Assembly (NCBI GenBank): GCA_000320545.1
Contig: ADNK01002607.1
Span: 62,001-126,000 of the forward strand
Length of the DNA: 64,000 bases
Direction: 5' to 3'
Source of the DNA: Bigelowiella natans CCMP2755
Lineage: Eukaryota > Protista > Cercozoa
A model generated the notes under the pieces. The model had not been told where the DNA came from. It made no database searches and saw only the letters and a list, made by a program, of their open reading frames with translations. The position numbers were made by a program, and so were the translations under genes. Positions 15,302 to 30,472 of this stretch are shown here, one piece after another; the first letter of the stretch is position 1, and every line of letters begins with the position of its first letter.

Positions 15302-16636
15302 TGTCTTTTCTTACCTGTGGATCAGCTCTATCCACTATGGAAACTCCGGGGAGATCATATTTTACAAACAGCTGGAAGTAGCTAACGATGATTGCGAACA
15401 GACTCATCACCCAAAAGGAAAGAGGCTATGTACGTAGTGTCGTAACTGTTACTACCGTTTCGCAAAATCGTAAAGCGTTGCAGTGGGAATTTTCATGCCA
15501 ACTACTTCTGCATGCCCTAACCTACCATAATCCGCCACCTGATTGATTGATTGTTGAAGACCGACATCAGCGAAACACACATAGAAAGTTGAGAAAGGAA
15601 GAAATGAATAAGAGGAAGGAATTAGTAAATCGCTATCCACACAAAATAAGTGAGCGTTTTGCGTGGATTGTAAAATACAGTAACTACTTTATTATCATCA
15701 CAAATAGCTACTTCATAATAATCATCGACATTGCAACTTTCTTCATCACCGCGACAACTATGATGACCATGATTCCTTTCATCATCATAATATTAGTTAG
15801 CTCTCTTTGTCAATACCTGTCGCATATTGTGGTAGCAAACGCGGTTGCGATCGCCAAGCTTTTTCCCTCCGGCATATCTGAAATCATCACAGTCTTGTGA
15901 GCAAACATGTTGAGATATAAGAGAATAATGTTGTAGTAGTAGCACTATCATGATTCACTTCTTGTAGCAGTACACGGTCGCGTTACACTACTATTTGTCA
16001 TCTCTTGGGCTAATGATGTTTTCACCATGTGCAAGCATTATCATCACGTGTAAAGGCATATACCCTGTTAGTGAGGTTAACAGCTTCCCATTCCTGCCCA
16101 GGTGTTTTTCTTCCATTTCGATAAATTCGTGCTGTTTAGTTCATCAAACGAATGAGTGGGTACAGCTCAAGAATAAAATCTTTCCAGGGTGCCTTAGAGA
16201 CTTGATCGTTATATATTATCAGAAAACCATCCCCCTCTTCTACCTGTACATGCCAGAAGCATCCGCACCCAAAATAAACATCAATCTGCTCAGCATCGAT
16301 CGAATCTGCCTTCGCCGCCATCCGCGCTGTCTCTAGGGCAACGATCCCGACCACCGGGGCCTTAACTAGATCGTTTAGTGCTTGCCTTCTCCTACTCATT
16401 CCATTACTTCGCACTTGGATCCTTCCGAGGACCTGTCGTCGTCTGTGGTTGACGGGGGCGGCCACGTCGTCGTTCATCAAGGAAGTAGAGGAGGTCAGCG
16501 CATCTGGCTTCATAAATCCTGACATCATTCCTCGACTACCAGTCTTTCCGTAAATTCCCATCCCACCTCGCAGCCTGGAGTGGGAGGCAGCGGCGGTAGC
16601 GACGAGAATGGCCACAACGATGCGAGGAGAGAGCAT
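13921..16636 (-). CDS. msrA: Plastid-targeted peptide methionine sulfoxide reductase A (MsrA)-like protein
   Basis: Exons give IDVYFGCGCFWHVQ|HEF, LTGYAGG, VCYHN, YGRLGHAEVV, DRADPQ|DKGPEYRSLLGLPGG, FPFYRAE, YHQFHNDF, TGCPEGMMA*. N-terminal signal peptide followed by a transit-like region. Confidence 0.85.
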
Positions 16637-17064
16637 GGCGGTCGTCCTGTTTTCGCTTGGTGGTTGGTGGGCGTGACGGCCTACGTTCCGATAGAAAATG
16701 GGTAAATTTGAGACGATTTTGTCATCGCGACATGGGTTTTATCCGGCATAGTAAGTTAAAGCTGCTCCTTAGAAGAAGAAGAAGAAGTAGGCAATGATGT
16801 CGCGAGCTTCTCCTTTGGCTGGAAAAACAGAGTACGAGTAGATCCCGCCGTCAGAAACAAAAAAAGGAGCAAACAAGGCAAAATGATCGGATTGACAGGA
16901 GCAAGCTGAGAGCAGTTGGAAATAGTCAGTCGTCGCATGGGAAGAAACAAGCGCATTTTTTTAATTTGCTGCTGTGATTATTCACTCGGCTCGGCCTTTC
17001 GGAGAAAGAAAGAACAGACGGACTGGCGCAGACAGGAACACAACACATCCAACAACTATCGACG

Positions 17065-19428
17065 ATGGCGGCTAGCTCTCTAGCGGCGATGGTCGTAGCT
17101 GCCAGGGCAGCCTACGCGGTGTATACTAGAAGCTGTTCATTACGCAATGGCGAGCTGCAAGTACGAGAAGGGACTGATAACGATGTTTACAGAATCTTAC
17201 CAAAGGTTGGGGAATGAAGAGTGAATCCACTAGAAGCGTTACAACGTATCTGTTTTAATGTGTGCGTGCAGATGTGTCTCACCCCTGCCTGAGAATGATA
17301 TGCTTTCACTGTTTCTGCTCAGGTGGAACTGCATGCGCACCTTCATGGTGAGAAAGGATAAACAAACAGCGCAGACTTATACCCAAAATAACACATACGA
17401 CGAATCACCACCGCCCTTTTATTGCATTGATGTGGACAGCCATCGTCGTCGACCTTCTCGTGGTTCTCGTTTGCATTTCTCATTATGTGTACTTTCCGAT
17501 GATATTTCAAACGACGAAACTAGGGTCTGTTCGCGACGAGACGCTCCTAGAGCTGATGAAAGACGATATCGGGGCTACAATGGCCGAGCTGGAGGAAATG
17601 CGTGTCCAGCTGAAGTACAAACTATAATGAGAATGATGATAATAACGGCGATGATAATGATGGCAATGACGTGCAACATATTGTGTGGTTTTATCAGCGA
17701 TAAACGCACCCTATCTCAGTGTTTCAAGATATTTGGTCTAATACACAAAGTCGTGAAGACGCATGCGGCTATCACAAGGGTAATCAGTCAGTTCATGAAT
17801 GTGTTATTTTCGTGCCAGGGATCTTTATTTGGACTTTTGCATTTTTCTTTTCCCCCCTTCCCTCCTAAACTTCGTAACTTAGCCGACTGCCTCGGCAGGG
17901 CATGATAATTTGCAGCTCTCTCGTTTGCATCAATTGAACGTTTTTTGATTTTTCTACAAACGATCACAGATAACGGTCGAGGTACTGGAGGACTTTTCGA
18001 ACGATGGTGTGCGATACGTCGAGTTGAGGACGACGCCCCGAATCGATGCTAAGCACAACATGACACAGGAGTCGTACGTCGAGGCGGTTCTAAAAGGTGT
18101 TTTTTAAATATCGCTAGACATCAGTACTACGACAGCAATTACCCTAATGCAGCTGAGTAGACCGACGTTATCTCAGCTGCCACGTCCATTCTTCTAAATG
18201 AGTTTCACTCTCTTGAGCAGGATTTCACATCGCTGCGGATAGAGGGTATGACGTAGTACCGCGACTGCTTCTTAGTATCAATCGTGCGCAATCAGTGGAA
18301 ATTGCGCATAAGACTGTCGCCTTGGCAAAGGCTTATCAAACGTGCAAAGACCGAAGGGTGCCTCACACAGCTCTCATACCACGCACACACACACATAGAC
18401 AGGCAGATAATGCTACGCTGGTGCGGCTGGTGAATGATGGCGATGTTATTGTTTCCCATGCTTTCCATTTAGAATCAGGGCGTGGTCGTTGGTGTAGATT
18501 TCTCAGGGAATCCTCATGCGGGAAGCTTTGCTCAATTCCGTCCTGCTTTCGAGGCTGCTAAGAAGGTGAAAATAACCACAACTATGTGAAACCGCGACGT
18601 TTTCACTGGACGACAACAACGATCTCAACCGAAGCCATTGGAAGCAAATACAAGCTGATATGTCTCTCACCATATATCTGATTATTTTATTACAGGCTGG
18701 TCTCCGATGCGCCATTCACTGTGCAGAGATCGAAGCTGAGGACGAAGTTGAAGACATTTTAAGGTTTGGAGCGGACAGGCTCGGTCACGCCATCGTCATG
18801 AGCACAAATCACAAGGAGCTGTTGAGTAAAATGGGGACACCAGTGGAGATATGCCCGACCTCCAATATGCGGACGCTGCAGATATTGGATATTAAGCAGG
18901 TAGTGATAGTAATGGTGAAAGCGGGTGGGTAACACAAGAGGAGTACCCTCCATATAACGTAAACCAACATGTGAGATTCTTATACTAATTCCTCCCTTGA
19001 ACTCTCTGCGTACGTGATATACATTAATAAGCATCCAACGCTGGGACTCTGGCTACAGAATGGCCATCCATTTTCTATTTGTACGGACGACTTCGGCGTT
19101 TTCCGCACTAGCTTGTCGGAGGAAACCCGTCTTGTGGCCACAGCTTTCGGCCTCAGTCTCAAGCAGGTACAGCATGATTAAAGTGGGAGGAAAGTATTAG
19201 TTTCGAGATGAGATGCATGCGAGTGACTTCTGTAACGTATGATTTCTCCCTCCGTATATCATGTATGTGTGTATATGTGTGTGTGTTTGATGCGAGGTGG
19301 CGGATATTTCTCTACGAGCGTTGGAAATGGCTTTCATTCCTGATAAGGACGAGCTATGCCGGCTCAGGAAAAGATTCGAGACGGAAATAAATGCAATCCT
19401 CATATCACAAGAGAAACATGAGATATAA
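17065..19428 (+). CDS. ADAL: Adenosine deaminase-like protein / N6-methyl-AMP deaminase (ADAL/MAPDA)
   Basis: LPK|VELHAHLH|GSVR, CFKIFGLIH, DGVRYVELRTTPR, VVGVDFSGNP, AIHCAE, DRLGHA, VEICPTSN, ICTDDFGVFRTSLSEE. TAA stop at 19426-19428. Confidence 0.92.
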
Positions 19429-20137
19429 TGTGTGTTTCACGTACATCATCTCTGTAAATGGATGCGTTACGAACTTGGCATGAAGGCTCCGACCCATGCT
19501 AGCCATGGGGTTGAACGAATTAATGAGCCAGTGCCAGGTATAGTACGCATATCTAGATATGTGTATTAGATTTACGAGTTGTAATTCTGGAGTTATTTAG
19601 ATGATAGCATTTATAATAGCTGATGATAGCACATGGGCAATGTCTAGATAGTTATTAGACTGACGTCTACTGCATTTCTTGCGCATATGTGATAGTTTTT
19701 TTACACAAGAGAGGCATTCAGTATTGCTATCGAATCCTAGCATGGGTTTGTAGATGCATGTCATTGCACCGCTTGATATGAGCTACACGCCTTGCCGCAA
19801 AATATGAATATCAAATGCACGACAGCAGCAGACTCCTGATGTGACGACTTGAGTCAGCCAGGAATCCACACATGGTCATCATTACAATAGTCATTGCGCT
19901 AAACCATGTCAGACCTTGCTGCATGCAATCACAAGGATCAATTCCTGGCGTAGTGTCTACATGATCTACCCTGAAATCGTGTAGTACCAGCTATACATCT
20001 TTACATGCATTTGTGACATATTCGCGTCATTAGCATAATAGTGATCGATCGATGAGGCTGCCGTGGAGAAAGAATATCGAGCGATTTTGAATCAGTGCAG
20101 ATAAGTAATTTACCAGGCCATTATTGTCATTCGACGA

Positions 20138-20398
20138 TTAACGCATCCCCGACTGCAAACGCTTGCTGGTTTGCTTCCGAGAACCGCCTTTACTCCTCTT
20201 CGACGCTCTTCCCTTGTCCTTCCCTTTTTTCTCTGTGGAGGGGGAGGGTAGACATGTATCATATATTGATTATGACTTCCTTAAGAGAAGGAGGAGCTAG
20301 TAGCTGAAAATGATAATCAATCGGGGAAAAATCTGTTCGAGTAAAGAGCGTTGAATTGCACTTACACAGTCAGAGCCACTCATGAAAACGCACACTAT

Positions 20399-20442
<44 letters not shown>

Positions 20443-21520
20443 TGTTGTGAAATGTCGAAGTTTTTGCGCATGTTCCCCCGTTCCAGTCCTCTCGTCTCTT
20501 TCTCTCAAGTTGCTATCTCCACTCTCTCTACTACTCCCATTCTCTATACTTTCTTCGAGTTTGTAGATTCTATGCTTAATTTGATGGAGCGTCTTCGAGG
20601 AGGAGGAGGAGGAGGAGGAGGAGGAGCACAAATGAAGAAGAATAGAGGAAGAATAGAGATAGAGAGAGATTCAGGTAGAGAGAGAAAGAAAACAAATAGG
20701 CAAACTTAGTAGGCAGTCAATCAGAGATTATGTCCCTTCTTTCCCTAGCCACCCCCCCCCCCCCCCCCCCTCCCCCCTCTCTCTCTTTCTCATGTGTGCG
20801 TGTGGGCAAGTCACCGATTGAAGAGCAGCGATCTTCTTTCCCCTCTTGCGCTTAGCAGAAGAAGACTGAATGGCGTTAACCGTCATACAAAAAGGCAGGA
20901 AAACATAGGTAAGATACAGCACAAGAATTCAACCACATTTTTTCAATTTCCTGATTTGAACAATTTCTGGCATGCAGCTGCAACATTTAACCACCTCTTG
21001 TGCGCCGCCCTCGCTGTTCTTTTGGTCCTCCTCCATCAGTTCTTCGAGACTCGTCTTTGTGAGATTCCACTCCTCAATGTAGCGGGCGATCTCGGTGTCT
21101 AAGCGATCCGAAGGCGACTGTGGCGACGAGGATGATGATGGCAGGTGGTGATGGTGGTGGTGGTGATGATGATGTCGGCCATAATTTCTTCCTAGCCGAT
21201 CTGGTTGGTGCGATCTGTTGTTGCTATTGGTAGCTGTATGTGACATAGCGGGTGACGACGATGATGATGATGATGGAGGGGGGTAGTAGTAGTAGTGGTG
21301 GTGATGATAATGGTTGTCTGGAAATATCGAAGAAGTAGACGATGACGACGAAGGCATCATTGCTAGAGAAGGAGGGTTTTCCTCCCCGCCCGTCGCTGCT
21401 GCTTCTTTTGCCAGTAGTTGTTGGTGTTGGCGCTGCTGGAGAAGGTTCTCCACGCTATTTCTCATCCGACGCGTTTTCCGATTGGCCCGAACGCTGCCCC
21501 TTTTCTTCTTGGCCCAACGC

Positions 21521-21555
<35 letters not shown>

Positions 21556-21616
21556 AAGCAACACAACAGAAAGAAGATGGAGAGGGACAGGAAGACGAAG
21601 AGAAACAGATAGGCAA

Positions 21617-21652
<36 letters not shown>

Positions 21653-22851
21653 ATTCAATAAGATACATCGTGGCTAGCCATGCACTCTAAACCACTCCCA
21701 CAACTATTATTATAATCATAATTATTACCAGCCGATCATGCAGCTTGTGAGAGCCGGCGGCTATGTCATCGTTCTTGATGATATCCGCTTCGCCTTCGTT
21801 GTTGCCTTTACCCCCCCCCCCCGCTGCGGCATCCTCTTCTTCTTCCGCCCAGCGCAAAGAGGAATGACTGGAACGGACTCTGTTCAGGCCAGAATTTTGC
21901 GACCCCACCCAAGGGGCCATGAAGTCTCACATATCGGGTTGTTTACTCTCATCTTCCTCCTCCTCCTCCTCCCCCTCATCATCATTATCATCAGCATCAT
22001 GAAGGTGTGTGTTGCAAATCGTGCTTACTCTATGAGTCCCCCTGGAGCAGGACCAAAAATGTCTGCTGCGTCTGAATTGCCAACCGAGACTAACGGAAAT
22101 CAGGAAGAAGAAGAAGAAGAAGAAGAAGAAGAAGAAGGAGGAGGAGGAGGAGGAGGAGGAGGAGAGGGAAAAGAAGACACAGAAGCAATACTTTCAGAAG
22201 CACGACACAAACAAGCTGTAGGGATGATGCAGCAGACACTGAATTACAAACGAGTAATGCAGTCATATTTATGTTGTGTGGCAAAGACTGCTTATGCTCT
22301 GCATGATGTTAATCAGCACTTCGAATGCTGACCCCCCTCCCTCTCCCTTTGCCCTCCTCCCTGCCTCTCCCACGTTACCGCTAGGAACGAGCGAGGAGGA
22401 TGGGCTTGTCTGGAAGGTGGAGACAATATCGTCGCTTGATGCGCTATGTCTGCGTTATAGCATGTAGGAAGAAGAAGAAGAAGAAAAGGAAGAAAACGGA
22501 ACAATAATGATGAGAATCGGGGGGCATGGGGAGGGAAGGACCGTGCAAAGGGAGAAAAGGGTTTTAAGGAAAAGACAACTTGGGCAAGAACACATGTAGT
22601 AGTATCCGACGCTGCTGCTCCGTGATGAGGCAAAGGCATCTTTGCTGGGAACTCTGTGCTATTATTTGTCCTATCGTTTTTGACACATCATCATAAGATA
22701 TAATACCTTGATCTCAACTTAGACTTGGAGGAACGGCCTATATTCATACAACGATAATATTGATAAGACCACAGAGAAGATATAGAAAGAATCGGGAACA
22801 ACCCATGTGGAAACACGTTGCTGCTACTACTGCTGCTGCTGCTGCTGCTGT

Positions 22852-22893
<42 letters not shown>

Positions 22894-23603
22894 GTAATTT
22901 ATCCAACTTACCGACACTCCACGACCGATCATCTAGGCTATAATTCTTAGCTTTCTCATCGTCGTCATCGTCGTCATCGTCAAAACCATAACAGCTGTAA
23001 TTGCTAGTCCTGCCCCTTTGTATCGATATCGGTGCGTCTCCTGATCCTGCACGTTCGCCGTGGTACCTTAGAGACAGAGGAGTAGTCCCAGAACAAAGGA
23101 GGCACCTTAGCGCTATTTTCCCATGGAAAAAGGACACCGACATCCAGTTGTTGTTTTATGAAATGTCTACGTTATCGTATTGATGTAGCCTTTTATCGGC
23201 CATTAAGGAATACTACTTGCTTATGGTGATATATAGGAGGTTTGATATAATAATCCTTTTCCCATGAGAGACTATACATAGAAGGCGTACAATATGCAAA
23301 TGTCGTATCTTAACAAAATCATTTGTTCACGAGATTATTCACTGCTTGCCTCTTCTCCCCCAACTTCATTGTTGTTATTCTTCTATCATCTTTATCACCG
23401 TCATCGTCTCTTTCTTCTACATCAAGCAATAATACTACCATCTTCCCCGGCGCTGAACCTCTGCTAAGATGTAGTTCCACTGTGTCAGATCGTACTTTTT
23501 CTCGGCGATACGAGCGGCCTCAACGATCGACAATGGGATGTACTTCAACCTATAGCAGTAGCGCGCTGCCTGTGAGCTAGCGAGCTTGTGTGTATGTGTA
23601 TGT

Positions 23604-23642
<39 letters not shown>

Positions 23643-24188
23643 GATACGTGCACGACGACTGGCCATTCTCGTCGCATGTTGGCTTGTTTTATCGACGCGT
23701 GTGTCTATTGACTACCCACCCTGATATGAGGGGATGATTAGCCAGCAACCTATGGACACAAGGCATAGCCAATGATGACCGAGAGTTGTAATAGTATTGG
23801 TAGTGACGATCTTGATGACGAGGGTCACGACGACTAAATGCTCCATCTGCTGCTGACGCTACTGTTGTTGATAACAGATGTCGATACGATGATCCACGCA
23901 GAAAGCTTGAAACCTCCGCGAGGTTTACATCACGACCGCAACGATCCAGAAACCTTTTAATTTAATGATGCAGCAACATCCATCTCAGCGTGACGATCGA
24001 TAGCATCATTTCCTCGCTCAAAAGGCTCTTTTGTATGTAACTTATGATCGCTTCCCTCAGAACCACCTTATCCTGTCCTCTCCCCCATTTATCCTCCTCC
24101 TCCTCCTCGCCAACGTCGTCGGTATAACCCCCATTATGAACGCCCTCTCATATCATCATCATGTTGATGATAAAGCTACTATTCTCGC

Positions 24189-24225
<37 letters not shown>

Positions 24226-24934
24226 GCCGTCATGAATTTGATGATGAAGTCAAAAATCTCTTCACATTATTTTCGTGATAGAATTTCTTCCTCAACCATT
24301 TCTCCCTCCCCCTCCTATACGACGACTACTACTACGTCTTACATACAGTCTTGCCGCATCGTTGTGCTTGAGAGGGCCAATATCAACCTTACGAATGCCT
24401 TGGAGAACACGGGCGCGGTTGCTCGATTCTCGCCTCCCCCCACCACTTGTTGCGTCAATCTCATGTGACGTTAGAATCATGCACATGTGCACCTGTGCCC
24501 ACAACAAGAAGCCAAACGATGGTGGATTAGCTACCGACGAGAATAGTTGTCACCCGCAGATTGCACTATGCACATTTGATGATATATGTATGTTGTGATA
24601 TCAACTATACCGCTTCTTTCGCAAGGCCTTTGATGAAGTATAGCAGCTTCATCGGTTTGTGCATTAGAAGACCTAGTAAGTGTATTGTTGATGTTCTTCT
24701 CGAGAGGGACGTATATCCTTCCAATCATTCATTCATTCATTCATTAAGCAGAGGTAGGTCGTCGTCCTCACCTTCTACGTGCTCAAGTACGATAAGTATC
24801 TGCAAACGGCGAAGGTACTTGGCTGATGATCATCATAAAGGGAGTTGCGGCAGCAATAGAAGGAGTAGTTGTGGTAGCAGTAGGTAGCAGGGGTGTTGTC
24901 GGAGGAGAAGAGTGAGTGAAGATGCACATATTCT

Positions 24935-24978
<44 letters not shown>

Positions 24979-25076
24979 CCCCCCCCCCTTCACTGATACC
25001 TGACGGGAAAAGAAATGCTTGCACATTATCTATTTATCTATCTGTCGTTGCAGTGTCGTGGTGTCCTCGTTGGAAG

Positions 25077-25109
<33 letters not shown>

Positions 25110-25612
25110 CGATGTTGGTGCTGTGGTCATCAACGGCATTGTACGGCTTGTGGGGAACGATTAGCGTCCTCAAGGCGTTGATCATCACCGACTCCAAGGT
25201 TTCCTCCTGATACATCGGAACATATGATGCAAAGGAGAGGGGGGAGGAGGATAAGGATAAGGATGATTAATATGTACTGGTGAGGAGTCAAAGCAATAGA
25301 ATACTGCTGCTGATGCTTTGTGCTACTGACTGGTTGCCTCTCCCTCCTTTTCACACACGCTATATCTTTACCCTCATATAATCCACACACACACATTCTC
25401 TCTCTCTTTCTCTCCCCCTCTCTCCCCCACCCCCCCGCCCCCCTCTCCTCTGGTGAATATATTGGATTACCTCTTGTACGCCTCTTGCATCGATGACGAC
25501 GATGCCGTCGGGGAAAACCTATGTGCGTGCGTGTGTGTGTGTGTGTGCGTGTGTGAGGGCAAAATTCAAAGCAAAGGTAGACAAATACTGACATATTCAC
25601 CTTGCCTATTTG

Positions 25613-25652
<40 letters not shown>

Positions 25653-25903
25653 CAAGCGTCCGTGTGCATAACAGATTTGTCACTGCGAGCCAAAATCGAT
25701 TTGTGTTTTGAAATCAGCTGATGAGTAGTATGCACAGCCTACTTTTCTTTGTCGTAGGAATAGTGCTGTGGATGCAGCTACAGAACTTGTTCCGACCTAA
25801 TATGAGGGAGTAGTAGTAGTAAGTAGTAGTAAGTAGTAGTGATAGTAGTAGTAGTAATAATAGTAGAAGCATAAACGTAAAAACAAGCATCTCCTTGTGA
25901 CAC

Positions 25904-25944
<41 letters not shown>

Positions 25945-25957
25945 GTCCGACCTGTAA

Positions 25958-26002
<45 letters not shown>

Positions 26003-26023
26003 CGGTGCGACCGGTTGATTAAA

Positions 26024-26066
<43 letters not shown>

Positions 26067-27215
26067 AAATATTAATATAAAATAAATTTAAATAAAAATA
26101 TATATAACAACCCCGTGCGCAGATCCTTTCAACCACACAACACGTGATTTGACCAACGCATCGACCTGAATAATGACGAGTAGCGAGAAGAAATATAGAC
26201 AAAAACACATTATAACCGCACTAGGCACACCACAGTAACGCAAGCACACATTTTGCATATTACACGATATAAACTGAACCCCCCCCCCCCCCCTCCCCGC
26301 CGCATCTATGTGCTATATTTGTTCATAATTTTTCTGACTGTAGCTGCCATCTCCTTACGCCTGCCAATAAACGAGCACCCTTTTGGAACCTGATTTACAA
26401 CAGGGGGGGGGAGGGGGGCGCACGAGTATTGCAGACTATTCAAATATGTGTATGCTTCTTTTCCGTGCCGTCGAGCATGCAGTGTTGTATATGGATGGGG
26501 GAATTTATGGCTCTAGCATTAACATGTAGAAGCAAGTGATGCCAAACACTCTATGTATTCAGGGAAATCAACCAAGCGTTTTTTGAGTCCCTTTGTGTAG
26601 CACAACTTATGAGATAAATCGAGGAAACCTAACACAACGAATGCACGGTATAGTACACGAGATCAACTAGGCCTCTTTTTTCATTGTAGAATTTCTAATC
26701 CGTACTTTGTTATTCTGAAAACACCAACCAACAGCAGTAAGCATGCATGCATGCATCAAACTGCTACAACACACCTACCTTTGTTCTGGGAGGACAACGA
26801 AGACGACGACGATGAGGAGGACAAGGAGGATGAGCCATTCATTTTGACGAATGCACCGCTGATTGACTTCCTGCCACCCCCCCCCCTTTCTGAGAAGATC
26901 ATTGGACGCCTCCGATGGGTACGAGCAGCCGGTCTTGTTGTGTGTGAAATGGAGACGTAGCTGTTTTCGCGTCTGAATGTGAGAGCAGCAGCAGTCCGTT
27001 GGAAATAAATGATACTCTGTGCTATGACAATCACCTCGCATAATATTCCCAAAGAAAACGATGCTGAGATCAATCACAGAGTACTTCTGCTGCTGCTGCT
27101 GCTGCTACGACTACTACTAACTACTACTATTTATTGGCACTGCTACTACTACACTGAAATAATACCTTATTCCTCCTCCAATCACTGAATCCGATGGTGC
27201 TCTACTAGCAGCAGC

Positions 27216-27252
<37 letters not shown>

Positions 27253-28072
27253 CCTATTTGATTTCTTTTCTCCCTCTGCTGCTTTAGCTGTTTCATCCCT
27301 GTCGGCGCAGACATGGTTCGGCTTATCCCAATCGGAAAATCTGGCACTTCCTCCTCCTCCTCCTCCTCCTCCTCCTCCTCCTCTCTTCCAGCCCCGTTCT
27401 CCTTGCTGTCTTTCACGTTCCTGGTCGTTTTTTTGGGGCGAGATGTGCTCCTGCTGCCAAAAGACGATGACGGCGACGGCGACGACCGCAGCAACTCCTT
27501 CACGACATCACTAGCGCTTACTATTGCGGAGTGCATGAAGATATCATCACCGCCACCGCTGCTGCCATTGCTGCTTTCGAAGTCCGCCTCGTCACTGCCT
27601 TTCTTTTTCTTTCTTTTCTTTTTCTTCTTTTTTCCGTTGGAGGAGGAGAGCGGCGTGGGAGAGAGGCTCGCACTCACGTGCTCCTTGCGCTTTGGTAGGC
27701 AACTGGGGCCTCAGCACCCGCGGCTAATGCTGATGGGAGAACGGCCAAACGATGGAAAATGAAAGTAGGATGTGAGGGGAAGGGGCATCTCGTCGTTGCT
27801 TAGATATGTATTCGCATAAACTTAATTCATACAATCGACAGTATCCAAACTACTACTACTATGCCTACTAATTACACTGCTGCTGCTGCTACTACTACTA
27901 CTACTACTACCGGCATAGAACTGCTCTACAAATATCCTTCGGAACGTATCTGCGCGCTTTGAAAATCGCTCAGGATGCACTTGCAGCCCCACGCAATGCA
28001 AATCTGCTGCTAGGCCTGATAAATATTGGGAGAAGGAAGGGGGTGAGCGATGCTCTTACAGTGATGATGATG

Positions 28073-28104
<32 letters not shown>

Positions 28105-28587
28105 AATGGTGGTGGATATGGTGGTGATTATGAGAACAATAACGCATATCTTTCTGTTTTTGTTCTTAGTGAAGGAAGGACTCGAGACGGGAAGTAGGAA
28201 AGATATGTAAGAAGGAGAAGAGTTTAAACATCATGTTTCTTAACGAATACTAGACAGCTAAGATTCTACTGCTACTTTTGCCGTTGTTGCCATATAACTT
28301 CGTCAGTAGCGTCTGGAAAATACTCTTAAAGTCAACAAGAGGTGGCGGAGACATCTGAGCAGCGTCTCGTCCCCGATTATGGTCCTCATCATCACTGCTA
28401 TTCTTGTCGTCGTCACGCTCTGACTTCTCCTCATCCACCACCTCCTTCTCCTCTTTGCCACTAGTACTCTCCTCATTTCCACAGGTGGCAGTAGTACTCG
28501 AGGAAGAGCTACTCACGCTCAGAAGCAGAACCTTGAATCCCACACGCCAACGACTCCCTAGAATATGTTGTTTGTCACCCGCTACTG

Positions 28588-28622
<35 letters not shown>

Positions 28623-29040
28623 TCAGAATCAAGTGATAGCCATGCTTGACGGACAGCTGAAAATACATAGACGCCTCATCTGCCTCAACTTCACTTACTA
28701 AGAAGGACTGCGAGCTCCTCTACGTCTGTCGTGTCGTTTGTGCCCTCAAACCTGCCCAGTTCAACGAGACTCTGGTGCAGGTTTTTTGGGCTCTTCATCT
28801 CTCTTTCCAAGACAAATACATATCGACTTCCAACTTTTGATCCTGAATTCTCAGCCCCCCCTCCTCCTTCATTACCACTCCCCCTCTTATCCTTGGAAGC
28901 TATCTTTGTAACGTGGCATGAAAGGTGAAGTATTGCACATCCCTCGGCTGCCGCAGCCCCCACCTCATGACGCGTCGCAATAGCTTGGTAGAACCTGTGT
29001 GAAGGGGGGGGAGGGGATGGAGTTACAATGAATGCTGCAC

Positions 29041-29073
<33 letters not shown>

Positions 29074-30009
29074 TATTATTGTAGAACACGATATATTCTG
29101 ATATTCGGTTCTTCGCAAGCGTGTCTTGCCTGTCGCACAATATTCTATAAGTCTTCCGACGGCCAAAGGGAATATCAAACCCCTCATTATTGCCACATCG
29201 AACAAAGCAAGTGCGTGGATTGTTTATGCAATTTTCGATAGTGCTACGGCTGTTGAAAACACCATTTTCTCCCATGAAAGGGCTATCGTAGGCAAGCAAT
29301 CATCAGTTTTGATATTTCTATATTAATTCTGGTATGCATGTTCTTCTTCTGAGATATCAGGTGTTGTATCATCGTCTTCCTCTTCCTTACTGAGGTTGGA
29401 ATTCATCTGGGAGCTTAGCGAGCCGCGACCAAATGCCCTCTCGTTCTGAGAACACAATTACAAAACAAGACGCACGTTATTAGGGGGGGGGGGAGGGGAT
29501 GGAGTAAACATAAAAAGGGTTTTTTTTTCCATTTTCTTGTATTCTTTTTGTATTTGTTGATGCTCCGTGTGAGCATGCATTATTTTATCATCACCATCAT
29601 CGTCATCATCAAATATACACTATCAACCTGCTTCAACAGCGGTGTATGGATGTTCCATGACGCCATCGCTAATAGCAAACGAATGACGGGAGGACTGCAC
29701 TCGTTTCAGCTACATGAGGTAAACAATCGGATTGACACATTTAGCCTCACAACATATGCACCCCAACATTACCCAGGGATACACTGCTATTATTGTTACT
29801 CTTACGGCTATTACAAACGCACGCACTTAAAGATAGATAAGATAGAGTAGATAACCTATAAAAACGACCCACCTTCTCATCTGTTTCACCATTCTCTCCA
29901 TGTTTCCCCCCCCTATGATCTCCCATTGTTGTAGTCTTCGGAGCCAGCAGAGGGCATGCGTAGAGGAAGAGAACTAGCCGCACACGCCGCGTCTTGCTCT
30001 CTAACACAC

Positions 30010-30043
<34 letters not shown>

Positions 30044-30432
30044 CGATGATGATGATGCTGAGGCCTTAACTCACGCGCAACACAAACACCAATATCATCA
30101 TTACTTTTGTTGAATCAATATCTTTTAGGATCTGTGTCGAACAAGCACGTTTTCTTCTTTTTACGTTGCTTACAATTTGGAGCAGAGAATTATTCCCCCC
30201 CCCCCCCCTCCACCCCCAACACCCGTCTCAGCTCCTATTCCCAGCAGCGGCAACAAATAAGTAAACTGTGTTCAAATCGTCCTACCGCACGCTAGGTCTA
30301 TTGTGGAGATCAGGGTCCGAATTCCTGCAGCAGCAGCATCAACACAAGAGTAGTAACAACATAAAACACACACAGATAAATGATGTCAGCTACTTATCTT
30401 ATTGGAACACTACCACTGCTATACTACCACTA

Positions 30433-30472
<40 letters not shown>

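Noticed and set aside
16255-16280. MsrA as a second selenoprotein
   Set aside because: The active site is encoded as Cys (GCGCFW), with no in-frame TGA.
17065-19428. ADAL/MAPDA as the enzyme causing the A->G footprint
   Set aside because: This amidohydrolase family acts on free N6-methyl-(d)AMP nucleotides, is widely conserved and has no DNA-targeting domain here. Proximity in a eukaryotic genome is probably coincidence.
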